Below are positions 29,943-40,709 of a DNA stretch of 64,000 bases, one piece after another (position 1 is the stretch's first letter; every line of letters starts with the position of its first letter). Where the stretch lies: the NCBI GenBank assembly GCA_018714685.1, contig DVNC01000029.1, positions 3,764 to 67,763 on the forward strand, in the 5' to 3' direction. Below the pieces are notes generated by a model, which ran no database searches, was not told the DNA's origin, and saw only the letters and a list, made by a program, of their open reading frames with translations. The stretch comes from Candidatus Scatocola faecipullorum (GTDB lineage Bacteria; Pseudomonadota; Alphaproteobacteria; RF32; CAG-239). Position numbers and translations under genes: made by a program.

Positions 29943-30779
29943 TCAGCTTCTTTGCTGCGGGTGCTTTTCTCCCAGCAGGTGCAGCGAAAGATTTCTTTTC
30001 GGAGCGGCGCTCTTGCCGTTAAGAACTTTCTGTTTTGCCGCTTTTTTCTTAATTGCCTTTTGTTGCTTCGGGTCTTTGCGGCCGGTTTTCTCCAGCAGAA
30101 TTTTTGCCACTTTCTTTTCGTCGGCAGCCTGCGCCACCTGTTGCAGGTTCAGCCCTTCGACAGCTTTGATACCGCTGACTTTGCGAATGTTGTTGATACC
30201 GCGCAGAACCTGAATATAGCGCCCCTCGGTAAATTGGCCGTTTTTAATTTTTAACCCTTTGGCCAAATCCTGCTTAATGATGTTTTCCATGCCTTGGGCA
30301 TCCAGTGTCGGGTTAAGCATATTCCGATTGACCGTTTCCTTTTGCAGTCCTTTCAGTCCGGCTTCCTGTGCCGTTTTGTTGGCCATTGCCAAAGCCTCCA
30401 GCTTGCCGGCGTCATTTTGCATTTTAATCTGATGCAGTGTCTGCTGCTGTTTGAAAATTCTTTTTTCGTCTTCATTCAGGGCATTAAACAGAGAATTGGC
30501 TTCCTGCAGACTTTGCGAAGGAACGAAAACGGAATCGTTTTCATCCTCTTCGTCTTCGTCAAAGACATCTTTTATTTTTTTGCGGATTTTCTTTAAACCG
30601 GCGGGAAGGTCTGCCGGTGTCAGCGGATTGCTTTTCTGAAGGCCGTTTTTCTTTTTGGCGTCATAAAGAACCGCCTCTTTGGTGTTTACCTTCAGAGAAA
30701 GTTTCTCGCTGCTGCCAAACCCTGGTTTCTTCCATTCAATATTAGGATTAGAAGAATTGTCTTCCATTTTCTGCTCCAT
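29943..30779 (-). CDS. Hypothetical 278-aa protein with a Lys-rich C-terminus
   Basis: ATG-initiated ORF with non-shadow composition. No recognised domain. Confidence 0.55.
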   Translation of the reverse strand: MEQKMEDNSSNPNIEWKKPGFGSSEKLSLKVNTKEAVLYDAKKKNGLQKSNPLTPADLPAGLKKIRKKIKDVFDEDEEDENDSVFVPSQSLQEANSLFNALNEDEKRIFKQQQTLHQIKMQNDAGKLEALAMANKTAQEAGLKGLQKETVNRNMLNPTLDAQGMENIIKQDLAKGLKIKNGQFTEGRYIQVLRGINNIRKVSGIKAVEGLNLQQVAQAADEKKVAKILLEKTGRKDPKQQKAIKKKAAKQKVLNGKSAAPKRNLSLHLLGEKHPQQRS

Positions 30780-30908
30780 AATAAATATCGTGTTTCTAAC
30801 GAACTCTTACACTGTGCCATAAAATCGCCGTTTTGTCAATTATTGTCGGTAATTTTACGGAAAATCAGGGATTTTCTAGCGATTTATGATTTTGTCTAGT
30901 AAATGTAA

Positions 30909-32600
30909 TTATCGGTTGTCGGCTGTTTTTTGGCAGGTGACCATAATTGAACCGTCTGATAACAGCGATGATAAAACTTCGACCGACGAATTGTCGCTGC
31001 GAACCAGGCGAAAGGTCTTGGTCGTTGCATTCATCAAATGAGTAATGATGTCGTTTTTCAGCGCCTGCCAGTCTTCGACATTGCCGAAATATCGCTGATG
31101 GGCATCCCATAATTCGGCGATACTGGGCTCTTTTTGCAAAAAGATCTCCGGTAACGACCAAAGTTTCAGATAAGCCTGATTATAAAATTTTAAACGCCCG
31201 TTAGAACCAAAGATAACCACTCCGTCAAACAAATTGTCTAACACTTCCTGCTGCACGGCTAACAAAGAGTTATAAGCCCGCCGAGTGGCCAAACGGTCGG
31301 AAACATCCTCAAAGGCAAAAATCAGCCCGCCCATCGGATGCGGAGCGCGCACCCGGCGGATGGTATTGCCGTTCGGCAGGTGCAACAAGTCTTCTTTAGG
31401 TTCGATAATTGTTGAAAAGTCTTTTTGTTCGTCTGCCTTATACAGCCTGAAATCGGGAACTTCGGGCAGCATTCTCTTTTCTCGGATAACGTCGAGAAAA
31501 GCGGCATAGCTGGGCTGGCTCTCCAGCCATATATCTTCCAGTCCCCAGAACGAGGCGAAAGATTTGTTGTAAAAAGCCAGTTTAAAATTATTGTTAAAAA
31601 CGGCAAATGCCGTCCCCAGCGTCCCGAGAATTTCCAAATGGGCGTCTTGATGCAGCTTAAAGTTTCTTTTCAGTTCATCCAATTCGGTCACGTCTATCAA
31701 TGCGCCGGCCAGACAAATTTTATCCAAACTCTGTTCGGCGTGAAAAGGCGCTTCGATAGCCTCATAACTCCGTCTTTCGCCGTCTTTAATCACTCGGACG
31801 GTTTGTTTCCTTGTCCGGTTGGCGGCCTGTGCCTGCAATGCCAGATTGCCGGAAACGCTTTCATTGTTGACGCTCATAATTTCAGCCTGTTTGGCAATAA
31901 TGTCTTCTTTACTGCTTTCCCGGGTAAATTCCTGATATTTTTTGTTAACCAGCACCAGCCGCAATTTTTCGTCCCTCAGCCAGACGGGATAGGCAAGATT
32001 GTCAATCAGGTCCTCCAGCTGCCGGATTTTATCAAAAGCCTGCTTTTTCTCTTCTTCCAGATAGTCAATTTTATTGGTTTCGCGGCTCACGTCCCGAAAC
32101 CAAATCATGTCGCAGTAAACGTTGCCGTCCTGACCGTTAATGCGTGAACCTGACAAATTCAAATGCCGGTTGCTGTTTTTTAATACAAATTCATCTTCAA
32201 AAGATATGCCGTCTTCTTTCAGACAAGCGACATATTTTCTGATTTTTCCGGCGTCCTCGCGGGTAAAACGATTAAGAATATCCTCAAAGACGGATGCCGT
32301 TCCTCCCGGAAGATTCATCAGAACGGCTAAACGGCGCGAGCAGCGTTCTTTAACCGTTTTACAGGGGTCATTGACTTTCTCGTCGGGATAAATAAAAGCA
32401 AAATAACCGTCTTTGGACGCATAGAGTGTTTCGGCATAACGTTCGCGATCCCGGTTCAGAAAATAATTTTTTTGCCGCAGTTTCAAAATGTTAATTCCCT
32501 GCGCTCCCATCAAAATCAGCAGCACGGCCAAACCCAGCCCCAGTGTGTACCAGAGTTCGGGGGCGGCATAAAACATGTCAATCAGCAGAGCTTCGTTCAT
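30909..32600 (-). CDS. Membrane-anchored multi-PAS sensor protein without a transmitter domain
   Basis: N-terminal TM region, then repeated PAS-like units of the kind found in alphaproteobacterial sensor kinases. No H-box or HATPase motifs before the stop. Confidence 0.6.
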   Translation of the reverse strand: MNEALLIDMFYAAPELWYTLGLGLAVLLILMGAQGINILKLRQKNYFLNRDRERYAETLYASKDGYFAFIYPDEKVNDPCKTVKERCSRRLAVLMNLPGGTASVFEDILNRFTREDAGKIRKYVACLKEDGISFEDEFVLKNSNRHLNLSGSRINGQDGNVYCDMIWFRDVSRETNKIDYLEEEKKQAFDKIRQLEDLIDNLAYPVWLRDEKLRLVLVNKKYQEFTRESSKEDIIAKQAEIMSVNNESVSGNLALQAQAANRTRKQTVRVIKDGERRSYEAIEAPFHAEQSLDKICLAGALIDVTELDELKRNFKLHQDAHLEILGTLGTAFAVFNNNFKLAFYNKSFASFWGLEDIWLESQPSYAAFLDVIREKRMLPEVPDFRLYKADEQKDFSTIIEPKEDLLHLPNGNTIRRVRAPHPMGGLIFAFEDVSDRLATRRAYNSLLAVQQEVLDNLFDGVVIFGSNGRLKFYNQAYLKLWSLPEIFLQKEPSIAELWDAHQRYFGNVEDWQALKNDIITHLMNATTKTFRLVRSDNSSVEVLSSLLSDGSIMVTCQKTADNR

Positions 32601-32717
32601 TTTTCACGCGATTTAACCATAAAATTATTGTATCTGCTCTGAATCTATAATATAAAACAAAATAATAAAACCCTAAAAACGGTTAATTGAACAAAAAACT
32701 GACAGGCAAAACCTAAG

Positions 32718-33380
32718 ATGTACACGATAGCTTTTGACACGACCGCCGCCAGCTGCTCGGTCGCTTTAATGAAAGATGACAAACTGCTCGACAGCTTTGT
32801 TGAAGAAATGGATTTCGGCCAGGCGGAAGTCCTGATTCCTGCCATTCGGGACTTGTTGGCCAAACACAATCTGGAGGTTCGTGATTTGGGATTAATGGTT
32901 GTCTGCGTCGGGCCGGGTTCTTTCACCGGTGTCCGTTCCAGCATTTCTGCCGCCCGCGCCTTTGGCTTGGCCTGCCCGCAAATGGTTGTCGGCGGCGTTT
33001 CGTCTTTTGATGCCTATGCTTATGCTTTGTCGTGGAATCCTGAGGAAATAGCTCCGGTTAATGCGGTTATTATCGAAACCAAACGCGAAGATTTTTACTA
33101 TCAGTTGTTTGATGAGCACTTAAATAAAATCAGTGATCCCTCTGCCGCCGTGCGTGATGACATCATAGCCGCTTTGCGTGATAAAAAAGTGACTTTTGTT
33201 GGTGACGGTGTCGAGCGTTTTCTTGCTTCGCCGACCGGTTTAAGCATCCACGCAATAGTAATGAAACCGCATCTGGATGTTGAAGACCTGGCGCGTTGCG
33301 GCCTGCGCAAGTTCAATCGTAAAACGACCGATTATCCTAAACCGCTTTATCTCCGGGCGCCGGACGTTTGCGTTAAATAA
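32718..33380 (+). CDS. tsaB: tRNA t6A37 biosynthesis protein TsaB
   Basis: IAFDTTAASCSVAL... and GPGSFTGVR motifs. Confidence 0.85.
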   Translation: MYTIAFDTTAASCSVALMKDDKLLDSFVEEMDFGQAEVLIPAIRDLLAKHNLEVRDLGLMVVCVGPGSFTGVRSSISAARAFGLACPQMVVGGVSSFDAYAYALSWNPEEIAPVNAVIIETKREDFYYQLFDEHLNKISDPSAAVRDDIIAALRDKKVTFVGDGVERFLASPTGLSIHAIVMKPHLDVEDLARCGLRKFNRKTTDYPKPLYLRAPDVCVK

Positions 33381-33382
33381 CT

Positions 33383-33964
33383 CTAATCGCCGCTGTAACG
33401 GCTTTGAAAACGTTTCCATACCGGCAGCGTTGCTTCCGCATGGCGTTCCAGCATTACCCGTTCCTCTTTGCGCCGTCGTCGCTCAAGTTCTTCCTTTGCT
33501 TCTTGGCTGACCCGGGCCGCAATTGCCGAAGAGGGGTCAAGTTTGGCATAGTGCTCAACATCAGTCAGATACATCTGCAAAGAGGAGTCTTTGCCTTGAG
33601 CTTTCATTTGAGCAAAAACCTGCAAAACTTTGTCTGTCAGCAGGGCTTTCAAATCTGTTGCGGAATTTTTGAGAACCTCTGCCGCAATGGTAAAACGCGG
33701 GCCTGAATCCAGATCATCCAAATACATTGAACCGCCGATTTGCCGCATATCCTTAACTTCGGGATGTTCCATCTGCAAACTCCAAAACATATTCTGATGC
33801 AGACCTTTTTCCGCTTTGTGAATTGCCGCATAAATTTCGTTTTTTTCCTGCGATATGCCGCAAACAACCCGGTATAAGCTTGTCATTTTCCCTCTTATCT
33901 TAAACATTCCTCCATGCCAGCATAACTTATCGGGAATATCTTGTCTATTAAATAAAACACTCAC
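33383..33964 (-). CDS. Hypothetical protein (193 aa from GTG, or 167 aa from the ATG at 33886)
   Basis: The ORF has a better RBS (GAGGG) ahead of the internal ATG. No recognised domain. Confidence 0.5.
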   Translation of the reverse strand: MSVLFNRQDIPDKLCWHGGMFKIRGKMTSLYRVVCGISQEKNEIYAAIHKAEKGLHQNMFWSLQMEHPEVKDMRQIGGSMYLDDLDSGPRFTIAAEVLKNSATDLKALLTDKVLQVFAQMKAQGKDSSLQMYLTDVEHYAKLDPSSAIAARVSQEAKEELERRRRKEERVMLERHAEATLPVWKRFQSRYSGD

Positions 33965-33989
33965 TTTTACCTCTCAGAAGTATTTAAAA

Positions 33990-34022
33990 ACAAAAAACCA
34001 CCCGATTAAGGGTGGTTTTTTT
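33990..34022 (-). terminator. dnaK terminator
   Basis: CCACCC-GATTAA-GGGTGG with T-runs on both strands. Confidence 0.75.
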
Positions 34023-34038
34023 GCAGTTAAACTAAGGA

Positions 34039-35952
34039 TTATTTAACTTCTTCAAAATCAGCATCAACGACTTTCTCATCGCCGTTGCCGGACTGAGCCT
34101 GACCTGCATCGGCACCGGCTTCCGTTCCGGCAGCGCCGGTTCCGGCCTCCGGCTGCTTATACATGGCTTCGCCCAGTTTCAGGGAAGCCTGCATTAAGCT
34201 TTCGGTCTTTTCTTTGATAACCGACAAATCGTCAGCTTCAATCGCGGTCTTCAGAGCTTTGATTTCATCTTCAATCTTCGTTTTGTCAGCCGCAGAAATC
34301 TTGTCACCGTGTTCTTTTAATGTTTTTTCGGTGGCGTGAACCAAACCTTCGGCCTGATTCTTGGCTTCGACCAGCTCTTTTTTCTGCTTATCGGCTTGAG
34401 CGTTGGCCTCGGCATCTTTAACCATCTTTTCGATATCGGCGTCAGACAAACCGCCGCTGGCCTGAATACGGATGGCCTGTTCTTTGTTGGTGGCTTTGTC
34501 TTTGGCGGAAACGTTTACGATACCGTTGGCATCAATGTCAAACGTAACTTCAATCTGCGGCATGCCGCGCGGTGCCGGTGGAATACCGACCAAATCAAAC
34601 TGGCCGAGCAGTTTGTTGTCGGCAGCCATTTCGCGCTCGCCTTGGAAGACGCGAATGGTAACCGCGGTCTGACCGTCTTCCGCCGTAGAGAAGACCTGCG
34701 ATTTGCGGGTCGGAATGGTGGTGTTGCGGTCAATCAAGCGGGTGAACACGCCGCCCAGAGTTTCAATACCCAAAGACAACGGGGTAACGTCCAGCAGCAG
34801 AACGTCTTTGACATCACCCATCAATACGCCGCCCTGAATAGCCGCGCCGACGGCAACAACCTCATCCGGGTTAACGCCTTTATGCGGCTCTTTGCCGAAG
34901 ATTTCCTTAACTTTTTCCTGAACTTTCGGCATACGAGTCATACCGCCGACCAGAATAACTTCGCTGATTTCGTTGGCTTTCAGTCCGGCATCGGCCAAAG
35001 CTTTCTGGCAGGGGGCAACCGTGCGGTCAATCAGGTCTTCAACCAAAGATTCTAATTTTGCGCGGGTCAGTTTGATGTTCAGGTGTTTTGGCCCGGTTGC
35101 GTCTGCGGTAATGAACGGCAGGTTGATTTCGGTCTGGGTGGTTGAAGAAAGTTCAATCTTGGCTTTTTCGGCAGCTTCTTTCAGACGTTGCAAAGCCAGG
35201 CGGTCATTTTTCAAATCAATGCCGGATTCTTTCTTGAATTCGTCTGTCAGATAGCTGACCAGGCGCTGGTCAAAGTCTTCACCGCCGAGGAAAGTATCGC
35301 CGTTGGTAGATTTAACTTCAAACACGCCGTCGCCGATTTCCAAAATGGAAATATCGAACGTACCGCCGCCCAGGTCATAAACGGCAATTGTTCCGTTGGC
35401 TTTTTTATCCATGCCGTAAGCCAAAGCTGCCGCCGTCGGTTCGTTGATGATACGCAGAACATCAAGACCGGCAATTTTACCGGCGTCTTTGGTGGCCTGC
35501 CGCTGAGAGTCGTTAAAGTAAGCCGGAACGGTAATAACAGCTTTTTCAATCTTTTCGCCTAAATAACTTTCGGCATATTCCTTGATTTTCTGCAGAACGA
35601 TTGCGGAAATCTGTGACGGAGCATATTTCTGGCCTTTGACTTCAACCCAGGCATCGCCGTTGTCGCCTTCAACGATTTTAAACGGAACAAGCTTCTTGTC
35701 TTTTTCGACTTCGGGAGAATTAAACCGGCGGCCGATCAAACGCTTAATTGCAAACAGGGTGTTTTCCGGGTTGGTAACAGCCTGACGTTTTGCCGGAAAG
35801 CCGACCAAACGTTCGGTATCGGTAAACGCGACCATGGACGGCGTGGTGCGGGCGCCTTCAGAGTTTTCAAGAACCTTGGCTTCGCCGCCTTCCATCACTG
35901 CAAAGCAGGAGTTGGTCGTACCTAAGTCAATACCAATTACTTTATTGCTCAT
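34039..35952 (-). CDS. dnaK: Molecular chaperone DnaK (Hsp70)
   Basis: [17 protein letters not shown] and the rest of the Hsp70 signature. The ATG at 35952 has better RBS spacing than the one at 35961. Confidence 0.97.
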   Translation of the reverse strand: MSNKVIGIDLGTTNSCFAVMEGGEAKVLENSEGARTTPSMVAFTDTERLVGFPAKRQAVTNPENTLFAIKRLIGRRFNSPEVEKDKKLVPFKIVEGDNGDAWVEVKGQKYAPSQISAIVLQKIKEYAESYLGEKIEKAVITVPAYFNDSQRQATKDAGKIAGLDVLRIINEPTAAALAYGMDKKANGTIAVYDLGGGTFDISILEIGDGVFEVKSTNGDTFLGGEDFDQRLVSYLTDEFKKESGIDLKNDRLALQRLKEAAEKAKIELSSTTQTEINLPFITADATGPKHLNIKLTRAKLESLVEDLIDRTVAPCQKALADAGLKANEISEVILVGGMTRMPKVQEKVKEIFGKEPHKGVNPDEVVAVGAAIQGGVLMGDVKDVLLLDVTPLSLGIETLGGVFTRLIDRNTTIPTRKSQVFSTAEDGQTAVTIRVFQGEREMAADNKLLGQFDLVGIPPAPRGMPQIEVTFDIDANGIVNVSAKDKATNKEQAIRIQASGGLSDADIEKMVKDAEANAQADKQKKELVEAKNQAEGLVHATEKTLKEHGDKISAADKTKIEDEIKALKTAIEADDLSVIKEKTESLMQASLKLGEAMYKQPEAGTGAAGTEAGADAGQAQSGNGDEKVVDADFEEVK

Positions 35953-36007
35953 ATTTTTCATCCTTATTGTTGTATAAAAAACTTTCTCAAAATCTTTCTA
36001 ACAACTT

Positions 36008-36036
36008 ATATAGGAAGCCGTCTTCACATAAGCAAG
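36008..36036 (-). promoter_or_regulatory. Putative RpoH (sigma-32)-type heat-shock promoter of dnaK
   Basis: The minus strand reads CTTG-N18-CCTATAT. This matches the alphaproteobacterial sigma-32 consensus CTTG-N17-18-CYTATNT, which I am recalling from memory. Confidence 0.35.
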
Positions 36037-36082
36037 ACTTGAAATAACTTTTTTGAAAAATTTTTACCCTCGGAAAAAGAGC

Positions 36083-37582
36083 TTAATAATTGCTCTGCCG
36101 TCCGGAAATTTCGTAGCCGGTATAACCGTCCACTACCGAGTTGGCAAAAGCAAAATCGGTTGAGTTGCAGGAATGAATGCGGTAAAGGGTTTCACCCTGT
36201 TCCACCGGATCGCCCACTTTTTTGAGCAAATCCAGCCCGGCCCCCGGATATTGCCCGGCCCCAGCCCAAACGCCGATTTTGTTGATGCGGGAATTGTCAA
36301 TTGCTTCCACCACGCCGCTTACGTTGGAGATGATGTCCCGGGTCAGATGTCCGAGCTGCGGCTGCGGAGCTTTTCCTTGAGCATGAATAATCCGGTTCAT
36401 CACTTCCAGCGCGCGGCCGGAAGTCAGAATCTCTTTGGCAACGTGATATCCTTGTCCGCCGCGCAGTTTAGGGTCAAATTCCAGCAGGCGCCCGGCCAGA
36501 AAAAGAGATTTTTCCAGCAAATCCTGCGGCGCATCTTCTTTGTTGCGCAGAACTTTCATTACGTCCCGCGCTTCCAGCACCGCCCCGACGCCGTTGCCGA
36601 TCGGCTCGCTGCCGTCGGTAATCACCACGTCAATTTCCATTGACAGCATATCGCCCACATATTCAATCAGTTTCCGCAGGCGCATGGCTTCATTGGTGCT
36701 CTTAATGCGTGATTTCGGGCCGACCGGAATGTCAATCAGCAGGTGGGTCACACCGGCTGCCAGCTTGATTGCCAAAATCGAGGAAGCGATATGCTCCTGC
36801 TGAATCAGGCCGATTTGCCGCTCAACCGAAGAAATCAGCTTGCTGGCTTCGGCGATGTTCAATCCGTCGTAACAGGCGATTGCCGCCCGGTTTTCTTTCA
36901 CCAGGCTGCGAAAAGTCCGGTCGTCCAGATCAACGTTGGCCAGCACGCTCATCGTGTCGGCCACGCCGGCACAGGAGGTCAGCGAACGGGCGGATGTTTT
37001 GGGCATCGGCAGACCGTAAGCGCCGACAATCGCCGTAATGATAATATCGGTTTTGTTGCCGGGAACTCCGCCCAGACAATGGTGGTCAACCACAATTCCC
37101 TCATTGTCCCAGTGAAAGACGTTGTCGCCGACCAGAGCTTCCGTCAGAGCCAAAACTTCCGGCGCACTCATGAATGAGCCGCTGGCTACCAGAAAAGAAG
37201 CAATATCCATATTGGAATAGCGCCGTGCGGTAATATCGTTGATGATTGAACTGTATTCGCCGGAGCTTAAAATATTGCCGGCAATTTTACGTTTGACCGA
37301 GGCCAGGCTCGGCGGCGGAGTTGACAGCGAAATGGAGATATTGGCACCCTCCGGCAGGTTGATTTGTTCAAAAGCCTCGTTATTCAGGGCAATCTCGGTC
37401 GGTTTGACCAGCTTGGCGTCGTCAACCACCTGCAAAAAGGCATAAACGGTTTTAACCCCTCCGTGAATTTCTATTTTTGTCAGGGCATTGATGTCATCCA
37501 CTTTGTAAGCGACACAGTCTTTGTGCAGATAAGCCAGATTTTCATTAAAAGAACTGACCGGAAGATGTTTTAAGCTCAGCAT
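36083..37582 (-). CDS. Thymidine phosphorylase family protein (about 500-aa type)
   Basis: Pyrimidine-nucleoside phosphorylase core HCLGGVPGNKTD...PKTSARSLTSCAGVADTM. Confidence 0.8.
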   Translation of the reverse strand: MLSLKHLPVSSFNENLAYLHKDCVAYKVDDINALTKIEIHGGVKTVYAFLQVVDDAKLVKPTEIALNNEAFEQINLPEGANISISLSTPPPSLASVKRKIAGNILSSGEYSSIINDITARRYSNMDIASFLVASGSFMSAPEVLALTEALVGDNVFHWDNEGIVVDHHCLGGVPGNKTDIIITAIVGAYGLPMPKTSARSLTSCAGVADTMSVLANVDLDDRTFRSLVKENRAAIACYDGLNIAEASKLISSVERQIGLIQQEHIASSILAIKLAAGVTHLLIDIPVGPKSRIKSTNEAMRLRKLIEYVGDMLSMEIDVVITDGSEPIGNGVGAVLEARDVMKVLRNKEDAPQDLLEKSLFLAGRLLEFDPKLRGGQGYHVAKEILTSGRALEVMNRIIHAQGKAPQPQLGHLTRDIISNVSGVVEAIDNSRINKIGVWAGAGQYPGAGLDLLKKVGDPVEQGETLYRIHSCNSTDFAFANSVVDGYTGYEISGRQSNY

Positions 37583-37654
37583 GCCATACCCTTTATTAAA
37601 AAACAGATTATTTTTTTAATATAAGGCCATTGTAGTTTATGTTTGGTTAAAACG

Positions 37655-37690
37655 CAAAAAAAACCGGAGACAGAACCTCCGGTTTTTTCT
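37655..37690 (-). terminator. Terminator of the 936-aa gene
   Basis: ACCGGAG-N7-CTCCGGT followed on the minus strand by T8. Confidence 0.75.
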
Positions 37691-40501
37691 TTATTTGTTG
37701 TGTCCGCCTTTAAAGCGTCCGATTATTTTTGAGAAAATGCCTTTAACCGGTTTTTTGCCGGGCTTGTTTTCGTAGTTCGGCCCGAATTCGACTGCCAGGG
37801 CATCTTTGGATGCTTCCGGATTGACACCGTCGATAACCGGTTCATAAATGCCGTTGCCGAGACGCTCGTCAAGAGATGTCGTCGGCGAAACCTGACCTTG
37901 CTGCGGCGGTACGGTCCGACCCGGTGTTTTGTCTTGCGGCGGCAAATCGGTTCCGCCCGGAACTTTACCCTGAGAAGGAAGTTTATCCTGCGGCGGAACA
38001 ATTACTTTGTTCACCGTTGCCCAGAAATGGCCGCGGGCGCCGACGCGTTCGTTCAGTTTCAGCATCTGCGCCTGATACTGTTCGTCATAAGGAATAGCCG
38101 GAACAAACACGCCCGGTTCGGCAGGAATGGTCACTTCTTTGGTTTCCCAATGGCCGCTGCCGGCTTTTTCGTCAATAATGACGCCGTGCGGTTTGCCGGT
38201 ATCGTAAGAATAAAGCTCTTCCGGTTTAATCCCGACGTCAACCAGGGCATGCCCCTGCGGGCTGGAGGCAAATTGCAGATTATGCAGCAGGCGGCCGTCG
38301 GTGGCGTTCATCGGCTCGCCGGCCAGAACTTTGTCCAGCAGCTGCTGCGGATTAACCGAATAGTTGCCGTCCTTGCAGGTAAAGGCCTCGCCTACCGTGC
38401 GTCCCGAACCGTCATTGAGCGGATGATCCGGATTGGCATATTCACGGGTGAAAGAAGCCAGTTTTTTCAGCATAACTTCTTCGCTGCCTTCTTCCCAGCC
38501 CTGTTTGGTCATTTGCTCTCGGATAGAACGGGTTGCCGCTTCATGCTCTTCTTCGCTGTACCAGGCACGGTTTTCGTAATTGTCCGGATTGTTGTAATCG
38601 GCAACGGTATGTCCTTTGCCGACATATTCAAAATGGCGGCTGGGCGTTTCGTTGAATTTTTCGGCACTTTGAATGTCTTTCTCGCTGTAACTGAAAGATT
38701 TATGCGCTTCCTTATCCTGTACCCATTCGCCGGTTTCAATAGTGCGGCCGAACTGGTTATCCAGCCAAGAACCGAACCCGGTCGCCTGCAAAGCGTGGCT
38801 GGTAATCGAGGCGGCGGCGTAAGTCGTAACCGCGGTTACCGAAGCGGCCGCGGCGGCTTTCCCGGCCGCTTTCCAGAATTTGTCGCCTTCCTTGCGCTTT
38901 TCCATAAAGGTTTTCACGGCGGTGCGTCCGGCATTCAGTCCCATCGCCGCTTTGCCCAGCCAAGGCATGCCCAAAGCAGTTCCGGTTGCGGAAATGGCGG
39001 TAATGGCAACGTCGATGCCGTGTTTCTTCATAAAGCCCATAAAGCCGAATTTTTCACCCCGGGCTTTAGCCTCTTTGCTGGCTTTTCTGTAACTTTTGAT
39101 CAGGCGGACTGCCGCATAGCCGGCACAAACGCCGGCCATCACCATGGCGCCGTAAGGCTGAACATGGGTCAGCGTCATACCCAGCGCCGCCATCGGTGCC
39201 GAGCGCAAACAGTTGTTGCGCATAACTTTGGTTAATTTTTTCGTCTGGGAATAGGCCGGGTCAAAACGCTCGATACAGGCCTTATCAAATTTTTTCACCC
39301 GTTTATACATCTGTCCCAAAACCGGAGCGGTATTGCCGATTTTCTTAGCCAAACGATCCATATAGCCCATTGAGCTGTTGGTATATTCGGCGTTATAGCC
39401 GATAAAACCGCTGTTGGAAACCTGATATTTCTGACCGTTCAGCAGTCCGGTTAACGCAGCCTGTGCCTGAGCCTGATTTTGCGCCATGGCAAATTCGCTG
39501 CCCATAACCAAGGCGCCGATGCGCGTGGCGGCCACTTTGGCAACTTCGGCGCTGACCATGTCTTCGGTGATGTCGGCTTTGCTGCCCGCCAAATTACGGG
39601 CGGCTTCGGCTTTGATTGTTTCAACCAGCAGAGCCTGCTGGGCTTTTTGGTCTTTTTCCGGTTTGCCGTCGGCATCCATAAATTCCAAATTGCCCAATAC
39701 GGTGGCGATATTGGGGTCTAACGGCAGTTTATCCGCCATTTTTGATGCTTTTTTGTAATTCAGCTCGACTTTGGCTAAATCTGCCGGTGTTAAGTCTTTC
39801 AGGCCGTGAGCCTCGTCATAAATGGCGATCTGCGGTTCCAGAATATCTCTGCGGATTCCGGCGGTAAGAGGTGTCGGCTGGCCGTTGGGTGCCTTTTTAT
39901 CGGCATAATCAAGCATGAGATTGACACCGTCATAAACGTCGGCAATGTTGGTCTGGTCTATAACGATTTTGCCTGAAGCTATTTCATTGATGGTCAGAGC
40001 AATTTCTTCATTGACCATATTAAATTGAGAAGTCAGAGCCTGCTTGGTAGCGGCATTATCGGTCTGGCTGATAAGTTCTTCCAGTTTTTGTGCCGTGGCA
40101 ACCAGTTTTTTGGGCGGAAAGTTTTCCAAAAGCTGTTTTTTGGCCTGATTGCTGAGCGTGAGAAACTGGCTGTTTTCTTCGGGAGTAAAGCTGTCTAAAA
40201 TCGTATCTATGGTGTCCCGGCGTTTCTGCGGCGGCATTTTTGCCAGATTGGCCGGTGCTTTGTTCATGGCCGTCAAAACGTTCATGTTGATATTGTCAAG
40301 CGTCAGCTGCCATTCGTCGGAATTGCGTCCGCGGTTAAGCTGATTTAAGCGTTCAACGCGTGCCTGTTTAAAAAAGTTTTCTTCAAATTCTTTCTTTTCT
40401 GCCGGGGTCATTGCCGCATATCTCTGAGCAACCTCCTGATTGTCTTCCAGATATTTGGCAAATATTTCCATGTTCTTGGATGTTTTGTTCTCAGCCATCA
40501 T
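37691..40501 (-). CDS. Large hypothetical protein (936 aa) with a central hydrophobic cluster and a Pro-rich C-terminal region
   Basis: RBS GGGAGA. Several hydrophobic Ala/Gly-rich segments lie in the central third. PPQDK repeats occur near the C-terminus. No recognised catalytic motif. Confidence 0.7.
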   Translation of the reverse strand: MMAENKTSKNMEIFAKYLEDNQEVAQRYAAMTPAEKKEFEENFFKQARVERLNQLNRGRNSDEWQLTLDNINMNVLTAMNKAPANLAKMPPQKRRDTIDTILDSFTPEENSQFLTLSNQAKKQLLENFPPKKLVATAQKLEELISQTDNAATKQALTSQFNMVNEEIALTINEIASGKIVIDQTNIADVYDGVNLMLDYADKKAPNGQPTPLTAGIRRDILEPQIAIYDEAHGLKDLTPADLAKVELNYKKASKMADKLPLDPNIATVLGNLEFMDADGKPEKDQKAQQALLVETIKAEAARNLAGSKADITEDMVSAEVAKVAATRIGALVMGSEFAMAQNQAQAQAALTGLLNGQKYQVSNSGFIGYNAEYTNSSMGYMDRLAKKIGNTAPVLGQMYKRVKKFDKACIERFDPAYSQTKKLTKVMRNNCLRSAPMAALGMTLTHVQPYGAMVMAGVCAGYAAVRLIKSYRKASKEAKARGEKFGFMGFMKKHGIDVAITAISATGTALGMPWLGKAAMGLNAGRTAVKTFMEKRKEGDKFWKAAGKAAAAASVTAVTTYAAASITSHALQATGFGSWLDNQFGRTIETGEWVQDKEAHKSFSYSEKDIQSAEKFNETPSRHFEYVGKGHTVADYNNPDNYENRAWYSEEEHEAATRSIREQMTKQGWEEGSEEVMLKKLASFTREYANPDHPLNDGSGRTVGEAFTCKDGNYSVNPQQLLDKVLAGEPMNATDGRLLHNLQFASSPQGHALVDVGIKPEELYSYDTGKPHGVIIDEKAGSGHWETKEVTIPAEPGVFVPAIPYDEQYQAQMLKLNERVGARGHFWATVNKVIVPPQDKLPSQGKVPGGTDLPPQDKTPGRTVPPQQGQVSPTTSLDERLGNGIYEPVIDGVNPEASKDALAVEFGPNYENKPGKKPVKGIFSKIIGRFKGGHNK

Positions 40502-40709
40502 TTTTCTCCCGAAAGGTTATTTTATAAAAAAATAACACATTTTTTGTCTCTTTGCAATATAATTTTGTCTAAAACGGGTGAAACATATTGTAATTGTAGG
40601 GAAAAATGTTTAATTTTTATTTACTGGCTTGTCAAAGGCTTGCTTTTTCTTTATAAAGCCTCTAAATAAGTAAAAAACATTACGTTCACAAAAAAACGGC
40701 AGAAGAAAA

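Noticed and set aside
37898-39235. 445-aa plus-strand ORF opposite the 936-aa gene.
   Set aside because: It is Arg/Gly/Phe-rich shadow sequence. The minus-strand gene has an RBS, a terminator and protein-like composition.
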